Source of the DNA: Anthoceros angustus
Lineage: Eukaryota; Plantae; Anthocerotophyta
Direction: 5' to 3'
DNA length: 64,000 nt
NCBI GenBank assembly: GCA_010909165.1
Contig: MU008228.1
Span: 1 to 64,000, forward strand
The position numbers and the translations under genes were made by a program. Numbering within the stretch: the first letter of the stretch is position 1; every line of letters starts with the position of its first letter. The notes beneath the pieces are model-generated. The model searched no databases. It was given only the letters and a program-made list of their open reading frames with translations, and was not told the DNA's origin. Of the stretch, positions 51,460 to 62,255 are shown one piece after another.

Positions 51460-52103
51460 ACTCTCAATAGATGAGCAGCTGGCAATGCATAAGCTGTTGG
51501 AAGCTAACCGAGATGCATTCGCCTTTTCCATGAGTGATCTAGGCAAATGCACACGACGGAAGTTTTCTGTTCAGCTTACCAATGATTCACCTATCTACAG
51601 AAGGAGGCATAAGCTTAGCAAAGCGGAGTGGGATATCATGGAGGAAAGGTGTCAGGATTTGTTGAAAGCAGGATTAATCCGCATGTCCAAGTCACCATGG
51701 GCAGTAGCTACAGTGCTGCCTTGGAAGAAGAATGAAGAAGGACACCGGGATGATAGCCGCATGTGCGGGGATTATCGCCCCTTGAACGCTGTAACCATCA
51801 TGGATGGATATCAGATGCCCACTCCTAACAAAATTTTTGATGTAATAGGAGAAGCTGCTTACTTTTCGACGCTAGATTTGAGGCAAGGCTTCAATCAAAT
51901 TGAAATCGCTGAAGAGGACAAGGGGAAAACAACGTTTTGGAGACGCGATGCGAAGTATGAGCGGAATCGTATGCCGTTTGGCATGAAGAACTCTGTAGTG
52001 GAGTTCCAGAGAACAGCCGATGAAATGTCTGCAGATTTGTCGCAAGTGAGGTGCTATGTAGACGATGTTCTTATCTTCACCAAAACATTTGAGGATGAGC
52101 TGG
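51449..52103 (+). mobile_element. Ty3/gypsy RT, N-terminal half, of the methyltransferase-bearing element
   Basis: INPELSIDEQ...LLEANRDAFA, SKSPWA, RMCGDYRPLN, YFSTLDLRQGFNQI, RMPFGMKNS, CYVDDVLIF. Confidence 0.95.
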
Positions 52104-55100
52104 TGTGGACCACGGACTCTCCCCGGGGGTAGGAAATGAGTTAGGTTTTGTTTTTTTTCGTAGGAACGGAGTGCAAAATAAGGCGGAAATGAAGAAATAA
52201 GCCGGACTGCACTCCGGAGTAAGGACTCCGGAGTGGGTGGAAGGACTCTGGAGCACACTCCGGAGGCACTCCAGACCACGCACCGGAGTATTGGGATAAG
52301 TCCGGACCACACTCCGGAGGAGGACGGGATAAGTACGCCAAGTAAAGTAACTTAGAAGTTGGGGCGTGATTTAGCAGCCACGTGGGCGGATCTTGAGTGG
52401 TGAGCGGGCATGCAGCGAGACCCGGGACGCAGGGTTGCGATGGGTTATAGCGGTATTCACGCTCAGTCACGATTCGGTAATGAGTTAGAGTCTGCAGCGT
52501 AAGGCGAGTAAGCGGGCGTGGGCGGGAGTAGGCCATGCGAGACCTCGGCGATTCACAGGCAGCGAAGGACACCCCCAGCTCGCGACTACTCCCGTCGCGA
52601 CACGGAGGGTAGACCATTTCTCTTTGTGACCTCACGACGATTTTCGCAGTCTCTCGCGCTCCATCACCCCGCTCTTTGGCGCTATCTCTTTGAGCGCTCA
52701 GGCACCTTCTCATGGCTCACCTTGTGGTTGGAGCGGAGCAGCGAAGAGGGAGCATAATAACGCCATGACAGCGGAGCAAGAAGAAGGCGGCGATGGGACC
52801 CAAGAAGGCCGCGGAGGTATGGGAGCCATGGCGCCTAGTGGAGCGCAACATTGTCACCAGGAGATACCCCGACTTCGGACCTTGGCTGGAGGAGGCAGAG
52901 GACTTGGTGGAGAAGTGGCACGTGGACATCTTCAACACGGTGTGGACATTCGACAGCGTCACACTTGTCAGGGAATACGCCCGGAAGATGCTGGCTGTAG
53001 CCAACAAGGAGGTCTGCTCCAAAAGCTTGAGGGAGGACCCTAGGAGGTGGACCGTGGAGGTCCTAAGGGCAGTGTACAACCGCCCGGTGGAAGAAATTGG
53101 GGGCGTAGTTCCGGAGCCTCTCAAGGTGAGGGGGAAGGTAGAACCGGCGAAGGCGGCGATGCTGCGACCAGGGACGCAGCGGTCGTCAAATGGCTGGCTG
53201 ATGTCAGACCTGCTGGATAGGCGGGTGAGGGCAGTGGCCATTGGAACATGCTCACCAAGATGGATCACCTTGGTGATAATCTTTTGGTGTTCCTGCACGC
53301 CCTGCTGCGGGGCAAACGGGCCGACTGGGGACGTATTATCCTCGCCCGGATCAGTCAGGAGGCCAGAAAGCTACGGAGCGAAAAGCCGCCTCCGTTAGCA
53401 CTCTCCCCATTCCTCATTCATGTGTGGGGACACCTCAACCTCCTAAAGGAGGGAGAAGAGGAGGCGCTGACTCGTTTACGTCCGGGCGAGCTCGGCTGCT
53501 GCCCTATGGCGGGTTCTTGGGCGCGAGCGTCGCCGATGTGGCTCCTCCGTGGTGCTCCGTCCAGTAGCAGGACATCCGCCTCGGGACCCGGAAGGAGGCG
53601 GTATATCCTCCCATACCTCTCGGGCGGCGGGGTCCGCTCACGGCGGATAGAGTCCGAATCCTCCCAATCATCGTCCTCCGGGCCGCTTTGGCCTTAGGAG
53701 GCGGGCCTCCGTCTCTGCGCCTTCGCCTTCAGCTCCGCCTCCGGCAGGGCTACCAACGCGGAAGGTGGCTCCCACCAACGAAGCGCCAAGGAGCGTACCA
53801 GTGCCTCTGCCCCTACCCACGGAGTGGCAGGAGGCAGAGGAAGCATGGGAGGCGGAGAGGGGCGCCGCCCGAGGCGGGCCAGCAGCCACGAGCCTATCTG
53901 TCTCCGACAAGGAGAGGGAAACGTGCCAGCTCCCGGACCCCCTCGCCGCCACCAAGCCCAAAACGAAGACGGGCGGCGAAGGAGGTAGCGGCCAAACGGG
54001 CCAAGGAAGTGGAAGGGCCGGACCAGGGCACCCAGGACCTGAGGGTCCTGATTAGGTCCGGAGAGCCGAGTCCGGACTCACTCCGGACCGCAGTCTGGCA
54101 GTCCTTAGCGGACCGAGAGATGCCCGCACCCACGACGGACTTCTTGGGTGCCTCACTAGCGGCGGCCGTGGAAGGCACACGACGAGTTTTGGCTACCATC
54201 ATGGACGGTATGCTTTGGGGTCTCTGTGGGACTGCAGAGAAGACCCAGGAGGTGGAGGCAACAAGGAGGCGCATGGTGCTCCTCTAGGAGCAGGTGGAGG
54301 CGGCCCAGGAGGCGAAGAAGAAGGCAAAATCCCTCGCTCGAATCGAGGAGGGAAAGCGCCGGGAGGCAGAGCGGGAGGTCTGGTCTATTCAGCAAGACCG
54401 GACCAAGGTCCTTCAATTTGTCTGAGCAGTGAGCGAACCTGAGGCCAAGCCCGGCAGAGGACCTCTGCAGGCGGAGGCCGAGGCTTAGAGGCAGGAGCCA
54501 GGCTCGAGACCTAGAGGCGGCTAGGCGGGAACAACACCAAGCCGCGGAGGCTTAGGTGAAGACGGCTGAGAAGCGGCGGCTAAGACCGACCGAGATCACT
54601 ACCGGCGGGATCGAAACCGGTGGAGGGAGAGCGAGGGGCAGCCATGGCTAACACAAGGCCCAGGCAGGAGCGAGCGGGCGAGCGTGTGAGAGAAGAAGGA
54701 GGCCAGCAACAAGGAGATGGAGGATCTCCGGACCCAGTTGTGTGCAGTGGAAGAACAACGGCAGGAGATGGAAGACCGCAAGGAGACCTTGGAGCTGCAG
54801 CTCCAAGATACAATCGAGCGGAACGGGGCTCTTCGGGGCATGATCGCGGATCACGAGCGAGAGATAGAGCGACTCCAGCTCTGTTGGCGGGTCGAAGAAG
54901 TAAGGCGGTGGAATAAGGAGCAGGACATCGCCGAAATGGAGAGGAACCTGGATGAAGCGCGAAATCGGGCAGAGTTGCCGGACCGCCTGGGAAGGGAGAT
55001 GGCGGAGCTTCAAACCAGAATGAACGGAGGAGCAAGGGCCTTGGACGCAGAAAAGAAGCTGCTGGTCCAGTTGAGAAAGGCGGAGGGGGAGCATTGCGTC

Positions 55101-56867
55101 ATGGCGAGGCGGTAGCGAAGCAGCGGAGGCTGGGCAGCGAGGCAGCCAGGCGGAGGTTGCAGGAGGTAACGGAGGCCGCCCTTGTGGCCTCGCGAGACTC
55201 GGCCCGGCTCCAGCTGACAAACTTGGCAGGAGAGACGGACAAGCAAGCCGGACATCACGCTCAGCTTCCGGAGCACCTATGGCGAAGGGAGTAATCGGGT
55301 GCTTAGGGTTTAGGGAGGAGGCAATCCAACAAATTGACTCGGATTTTGCCTACTACCACGCCGAGCTCCTCAAGGCGTTGGAAGTTTCTCAGCGCCCGCT
55401 GCAACTGGATGGACCTCCGGAGGGGTCAGAGGGAGTGGAAGGGGAAGAAGGACATGGGGACAACGCGGGGGCCTTGGTGGCCTTTTTTGGTGATGAGGGC
55501 AGTGGTGGAGAAGAGCCCCAGGAGGAGCAGGACGCGGCCAATGTAACGGCCCTTGAGGTAAGTCCGCCGCAACCAGCCAGGGAGGATAGGGACGAGGGCC
55601 CCGAAAGAGGTGAGGAGGGAGAAAACCAACCGGACCCTAGCCAGGGAAGGGGCCAGGTGGCGAGATGGACCCTAACAGAGGCGGTCCGAGATTGGGGTCG
55701 GGACTTGAGGACGGACCACAGTAATAGTCGGACCTTGAGGTCGAACCCGAAGGCAGACCGGACCACGAGGTCCGGACTCGAAAATAAGGCAAACTCACGA
55801 AGATCGGACCCCGGAGTCGAGACCGGACCCCGAGGTCCGGACTCAGGAGGAGAGCCATTCCCGACGTGCTCAGGAGGAGCAATCAACCGGTGGTCCTACA
55901 GGGCGGGGACCCACTCGAAGGCCAGGAGAGGAGAATGTGGTGGTTACCGCGGTTGTCAGACCGCCGCCGGTAGCCCAACCTGACAGGGTCTCGGGAAGGG
56001 TAAGGGGTCCCGCTTCGCGGATCATCCGATTGGGTGCGCCGCAGCAAACAGGGCAAGGAGTGGGGTCATCGGCGCCGAAGCGGAACCAAGGGCATTCCCA
56101 GGCCCACCGCCGACGACGGAGATAGGGGGAGGGGCGTAAGATGATAGGCGGCCGATTAGGGCATACTGAGCTGGCCACCCGCTCAAAATAGGAGTGTAAT
56201 AAAGACGCCGACCTTGGGCGTAGTATAAGAGGGCCGAAGTTGCCCTAGTAAAGTATCTTTCTCTTGGTGTTGATGTCGCGTTTCCTTGCAGACCCTTGTG
56301 CGTCTTCTTGCTAACGTGAGTCAACAGTGGCACTGCCCGGCTCGGGAGGCGATCGAGTCACGGTAGCGGACCCTAACGTGTGGTGGTGTGTGCAGGGACG
56401 AACGACCGGGGACCCTTGCTCGTCAGGCGGGCGGCGTTAGGCGGACGGGCGTGTGGCCGGAGGAACTCGGGAGGGCATGTAGAGCCGGACGAGAGGCTCG
56501 GACAGCGGAGTCCATTCACCTTCATTTTCCCAAAGGACGATGAGTGATGCGAGAGATGTGGAGATTTTAGCATGAGTGATCTTAGATGAGTGTAACGAGA
56601 GGGGTAAGAGGGACGGACTAGAAGTATGAGGGACGTTGGAGATGATCTGAATGACGAGTCCTTAAGCGTTTGGCCTCCAAGGCACATTCGGTGGACATCA
56701 CGGAGTTAATAGTAGCGGAAGCAGTAGCGTATGTGTTTGAGTCAAAGCGGTCGAGAAAAACGATTGAATCGACAAGCGGGCCCATCATTCTCTTGGGAGC
56801 GGACTCCTTACTACAACGACATGGGATTGTGCGCGCCCGGCTGGCCATCAGTGAAAGTCGCGCCACA
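52104..56867 (+). mobile_element. 4,764-bp solo-LTR-like insertion (TGTGG...CCACA) with a 5-bp TSD
   Basis: Flanked by GCTGG (52099-52103) and GTTGG (56868-56872). Removing it restores the RT frame FEDELAELTKVFQRMREWDLKGHPKKC. No gag, pol or terminal direct repeats inside. Confidence 0.88.
52793..55700 (+). pseudogene. Accessory ORF inside the solo LTR (globular domain, low-complexity linker, coiled coil), frameshifted
   Basis: ORFs 52793-53398, 53248-53697, 54717-55115 (heptad-rich) and 55279 onward. Aligns by eye with the minus-strand ORF at 48402-49500. Confidence 0.75.
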
Positions 56868-57697
56868 GTTGGCAGAGTTGACCAAAGTATTTCAGCGAAT
56901 GCGGGAGTGGGATTTAAAGGGGCACCCAAAGAAATGCACGGTTGGATACCAAAAAGTGTTGTATTTGGGCCATGAAATCACTCCGGCAAGTATAGCTCCT
57001 TATTTAGCCAAGGTTGATGCCATATTGAAGCTGCTTAGGCCAACATATATCTCTAAGTTGAGAACATTTTTAGGTTTGGTAAGCTATTACAAGAAGTACA
57101 TTCCAAATATGAGTGCATTGGTTCATCCACTGACAATGTTATTGAAGCAAGGACAATCATGGATATGGGAACAGGAGCAAGAGATGGCATTAATGGACTT
57201 AAAAGACAGACTGTCCAATAGTCCGGTGCTGCGGAGGCCTGATTTTAGCTTGCCATTCTTGTTGTATACTGATTGGTGCAAGCTGGGACTTGGTGCAGTG
57301 CTGGCACAGCAGTTTGCCGATGGAGAGGGACATCCGATTGCCTATGCTAGCGGTAATGCACGAATCTTTGCAGGCCAATTATGGTTCCTATGAAGGAGAA
57401 GCTGGCGGTTTAAGTGTCTTGCATTTTCGAGTATACCTTCATGGTAGGAAGTTTGAGTTAGTGACCGATCACCAACCCTTGTATTGGTTGATTACCAATA
57501 CTAAACTCGTAGGTAAACTGGCCAGATGGGCCATGATCTTACAGGAGTTTGATTTTGTGGTTACACATCGAGCAGGAAAGTTGCAAATGAATGCTGATGT
57601 GTTGTCACGTAATCCGGTGGCTAGCAGCAGCGATTTCACTGAAGCTCAATGGGATTGGACGGATGAAGTGCATCAAGTCATCTCAAGTCGCGCTTAG
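56868..57697 (+). mobile_element. RT C-terminal half, connection domain and RNase H of the methyltransferase-bearing element
   Basis: HPKKC...YLGHEI, LRTFLGLVSYY, PVLRRPDFSLPFLLYTDWCKLGLGAVLAQ, FELVTDHQPL, LARWAMILQEFDF, NADVLSR. Confidence 0.95.
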
Positions 57698-57919
57698 CCA
57701 TGTTGACACTCATCGAGCTTGATGAAGAACTATATGTTATGCAAACAGCTTGTATACGAGATGCTTGGAAGGATGCTCCACTGCTTGCTTATGTGCGGGG
57801 TCAATTTCAGCGATTCAAGCAGACAATTTGAGCAGGGCCAAAAGATACATGTGGGAGGCAGGACAATTACAGCAAATGGCGGGGAAGAAAATGGTGCCAG
57901 CACACGAGCGAGCAACTAA

Positions 57920-59030
57920 TTAAATCAGTGCATGAGGAGTTAGGGCATTTTGGTGTCAAATGAACCTACAACATGCTCGCACCTAAGTATTGCTGGGTTG
58001 GCATGCACAAAATGGTTCAAGATGTGGTCGCCAAATGTGTGCACTGCGATCACATCAAAGCTCGATTCACAGCCAATGATACGATCTTGCATTCTTTGCC
58101 GATCAAAGGCTTGTTAAATCGCTGGGGGGTTGACTTGTTACCTGAATTGCCCAAGACTTCCAAAGGCAATAAGCACATCATGGTGATGGTGGAGTATTTT
58201 AGTAAATGGATAGAAGTTGTCAGATTCCGGAGAAGACCAAGAAGAACACTACCTGCAGCCTTCCCCGCAGCAGGTGTGTTCTTTCCAGGTTTGGCACATG
58301 TGCTGAGGTCGTCACCGATCAAGGTTCGGAGTTTCAAGGTGATTTTTAGCAACTCATGGATAGGGCCTTAATTGATCATCGTGGCACAAGCCGTGATCAC
58401 CCACAGGCCGATGGCTTGGCTGAACGCAATGTGCAAACCATTAAGAGGGCTTTGCGGAAGTACTGTTTGCAGAAGGGCTCCAAAGATTGGGATGACATGT
58501 TGCCCTATCTGCTACTTGGTTATCGGGTCAGCAAGCAAGCTGCGTTAGCCAACTTTTCACCATACTTTTTGTTGTTTGGCCGTCACCCACAACTACCTAA
58601 TGTCAAGCAAGCTGCTATGGAGCAGCCCTTGTCTTGGACTGACCTGGATAATTGTGTCAAAGAGCTGCAGAAGCGTGCTACTTTGTTCCAACACATCATT
58701 CCAATGGCCATGGACAATCTCGCCATTGCTCAGCATAGGGACAAATTGCACTATGCGCACACACGTGGAGGGAGTTGGAAACCCAAGGCTCGTCGTTTTG
58801 AACCAAGTGATTATGTGTACCTTGCTCAACAGCCTGTTGACACATTGGATGTAGGCACGGGTCGCATCACCATGCGAGTGGTTGCTGTACGTGATTCTGG
58901 CGTTGTGGAGTTGGAAGGCTCTGATGGACGTACATGGCATGAGCATTTGAAGAATTTGGCACCTTGTCATCTGCCTAATTTAGATCCAGAGATTCACCCC
59001 ACTATGTGGCGACCGCCCCCGGATTTAGCA
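57920..59030 (+). mobile_element. Integrase (HHCC zinc finger, DDE core, C-terminal extension)
   Basis: HEELGHFGVK*TY...CVHC, WGVD, VTDQGSEF, HPQADGLAERNVQTIK, SPYFLLFGRHP. Confidence 0.95.
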
Positions 59031-59178
59031 TGTGAAATTTGCAGCCGGGTGGACGATGAAGATGCTATGCTGCTATGTGACCATTGCAACAGAGGCTTTC
59101 ATCTCTTCGCTTGCGCCCTAATCAAGTTCCACTGAAGCTTGGTATTGCTCAACTTGTTCGGCCCGTCGTGCAGATTAA
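59031..59178 (+). other. PHD finger at the integrase C-terminus
   Basis: CEICSRVDDEDAMLLCDHCNRGFHLFAC, then after frameshifts QVP and WYCSTC, giving the full Cys4-His-Cys3 pattern. Confidence 0.9.
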
Positions 59179-59345
59179 TCTCTGCAGTTGGGTGCTGTTG
59201 TCAGCCATCTTGTTTTGTGTTTGTACTCCGGTCATTACCTTGCACGGTGCTCGACCTGCTGTACTTGTGTGTTGTGCTGGCTTTTATTTGTTTTGCTTAT
59301 CCTGCCGCCGCTTTTGCTGTGGCCCTTTCGGACAGCTAGGAGGGG

Positions 59346-60917
59346 AAGTCTAGGCTACAGTCTATGCAAGTGTGTGTAGTTTGCTTTTGGTTTGTAGCAT
59401 TCTTGCTAGCTTGTAGTAACTAGTCTTTGTGGTATTCAGGACGCTTAGTGGCACTCGCACGACAACTGTCATGAGTCGTCATAGAACTAGGTTACTCATC
59501 CTTAATTAGGTATTTGTGTAACGGATGTCTTGTCATCATGTATTGGAGCCGATGCAGCAATGTATGGCAGCCCTTATTCTCGGGCAAAGGTAAAGGTGGG
59601 GAGTTTTAGTGGGTGAGGGAGTTCTTCCCAAGTCCCACATAACTGCGATGGTATCTAGGCACGCATCAGATGACCTCGGGAAGAGTAAAGTCTCTTCTGT
59701 TGGGATGATAATGATGTGTAACATAGGGGAATCGAACCCTTCTTGAAGATTTCTCCTGTGGTTGTTTTGATTTATTTTCAAAATACCAAATTAAAAAAAA
59801 AAAAATCATAGCTGTACGCATGTGTACGGTATGAAAATAGGTCATAGCCATAAGCTTCATGTGCGAGCAACAAGTAGCAAAGTAGGAAAACGGTCCTGGA
59901 AGACGAGACGAGACGAGCCCCGCCTTGAAAAGGCTGAGATTCAACTTGTACAACAAGCTATTGCTGGTTTGGGTCTGAAGGCAATAAACGCGGTGTGTTG
60001 TGTGTGCAATATGCGTGTGACGGATTGGTCATTGCCGGCCGTCACGTGAAAGGTGTGGATATTGCAGTGCAGGCAGTTAGATCGAAGTTGTTTTGAAGTC
60101 TAGTCTGCAGTCTATGCAAGTGTGTGTAGTTTGCTTTTGGTTTGTAGCATTCTTGCTAGCTTGTAGTAACTAGTCTTTGTGGTATTCAGCTTAGACGCTT
60201 TCATCGACAACTCATGAGTCATAGAACTAGGTTACTCATCCTTAATTAGGTATTTGTGTAACGGATGTCTTGTCATCATGTATTGGAGCCGATGCAGCAA
60301 TGTATGGCAGCCCTTATTCTCGGGCAAAGGTAAAGGTGGGGAGTTTTAGTGGGTGAGGAGTTCTTCCCAAGTCCCACATAACTGCGATGGTATCTAGGCA
60401 CGCGTACTCGGATGACCTCGGGAAGAGTAAAGTCTCTTCCTGTTGGGATGAATCTGATGTGTAACATAGGGGAATCGAACCCTTGTCAAGATTTCTCCCG
60501 GTTGTTTTGATTTATTTTCAAAATACCAAATTAAAAAATCATAGTCAGACGTATGTATGGTATGAAAATAGGTCATAGCCATAAGCTTCATGTACGAGCA
60601 ACAAGTAGCGAGGCGGGCAGCAATGGAAGGAGGACGATCGGCCGAGCCTTGAAAATAGATTCAACTTGCAACAACAAGCTATTGCGGTTTGGGTAAGGCA
60701 ATAACGCGGTGTTGTGTGTGCAATATGCGTGTGTGGATTGCTGACTGAAGCGGTCATGGCCAGCGGTGGCGTGGTGTGGATATTGCGGTCGATAGATCGT
60801 TGTTTTGAAGTCTAGTCTGCAGTCTATGCAAGTGTGTGTAGTTTGCTTTTGGTTTGTAGCATTCTTGCTAGCTTGTAGTAACTAGTCTTTTTGAGACTTA
60901 GTGGCACTCGCATGACA
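59346..60917. repeat. Tandem ~740-bp LTR-like units (TGTCATG...CATGACA): a partial copy, then 59467-60209 and ~60212-60917
   Basis: The block GAAGTCTAG...AGTCTATGCAAGTGTGTGTAG recurs at 59346, ~60095 and ~60806. Terminal inverted repeats are present, and the right end coincides with the Harbinger truncation. Confidence 0.8.
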
Positions 60918-61560
60918 ACTAGGATGAGTGCAACACACATTAATGAATTTTTGTCAGCATAACATATGCCTTGTAAGACACCAGAATGAAAATCATGGCG
61001 ACACCAGTATGCAACCGGGTTATCTGTCTTGTTAGGCTGTGCAGCCAGATCGATGTGAGAACTACTGTCTATAGCTCCAACCACGTTGGGAAGACCCGTG
61101 AGTTGCCTGAACTTCAATGTTGTTTGCTCTAATTACATCCCTGTAGGCCAATGAACCAATTTGAGAAATAACTTTTCCTGATTGCTTAGTATCTCTGAAA
61201 TGATAATAGTCTATTGAGCCACAGTCGAAGCTCCTACCCCATACATATCTGCAACAATATGAGGCGGCAACCCCCTAGCAAGACGATGGAGGACCATGGC
61301 AACTGCATGTTGGTGTTGAAGAGGCTCCCTAATAGATGTGTGAAGCAAGTACGGGCGTAGCATATCAACCAAAACCAGAAAGTTAGGACATGACATTCTA
61401 TAAGCAAATCGCCATTGAGCATCCCGCATCTTAGCTCCATTACTATGCCACGCTCGCATATGCATATTTCTCCATAATGTGATTTGCTGAGGAAACTTCC
61501 ACCATACCCTCTTCCGCTTCCTAGATGATAATTGTTCCAAAACTCCACTCATTGCGAATA
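60918..61560 (-). mobile_element. PIF/Harbinger DDE transposase, N-terminal part, truncated
   Basis: FAYRMSCPNFLVLVDMLRPYL...AVAMVLHRLARG...YGVGASTV and GLPNVVGAIDSSSHI...YWCRHDFHSGVLQGIC. The frame is cut at the HP(G/S) motif. Confidence 0.92.
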
Positions 61561-61989
61561 AAAAAAAGCGACAATGAAAATGGAATTTGACAACAAGTCA
61601 TTGTCAAATCCAAGAGGTACATGATAGTGAGGAGACCATAACAACATGGTTAGAAAAACATATAATAATCTATCCATAAATACATAAAAAATTATTTAGA
61701 AAAAAGACTCTAACTTCCCCACACTCAAGTCCACAAACGAAAGATGAAAGGAGACGCAGCACAAAGAAATGGAAGACGAAACACGAAATGGGAGACTGGG
61801 CCACTGGACACGGCCCGCTATGTAGTTCCTAAATTAATAATTAAACTACTAAACTGTTTGCCCATCTTTGGACCCGGCCCAGTTCTTGCGCCGACACGGC
61901 CCGCTCCTCACGCTGACTCTTAACTGGGGCCGCAGTTCCCCTCACGGCGCCGTGAGGGACAGTTTCCTACAGTTTTCCTAATAATTATT

Positions 61990-62105
61990 AGCCGCTGAGG
62001 TCATGAACTCGTCACCCCACCACCAGATCCTTCATGGCTGTACACAGTTTTAGCACAGGGTGAAACAGAGACTGAGAAACAACAGAGTCTCTCTGACTCC
62101 CTATG
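61990..62105 (-). pseudogene. Orphan fragment of the first PPR repeats of the same gene family
   Basis: SQRDSVVSQSLFHPVLKLCTAMKDLVVG*RVHDL matches ARTDSAISVSLFCTVLKLCTAQKDLVVGRRVHDL of the 29605 gene. Confidence 0.8.
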
Positions 62106-62255
62106 ATGAGGTGAGCGGGAGCTTCTGGCATAAGCCCATCGATGATGGGCCCCACTACTTCTGGAGGAATAAGCCTACAAAGCACATGCACCCCGACAAG
62201 AAAATGCAATATTCTCTGGGGTATACACTTAGCCCTGGGTAGTCCACCATTATTC

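Noticed and set aside
59720-59745. Pol III B-box (GGTTCGATTCC, minus strand; also ~60470) suggesting a tRNA or SINE
   Set aside because: No A-box at suitable spacing and no tRNA fold seen.
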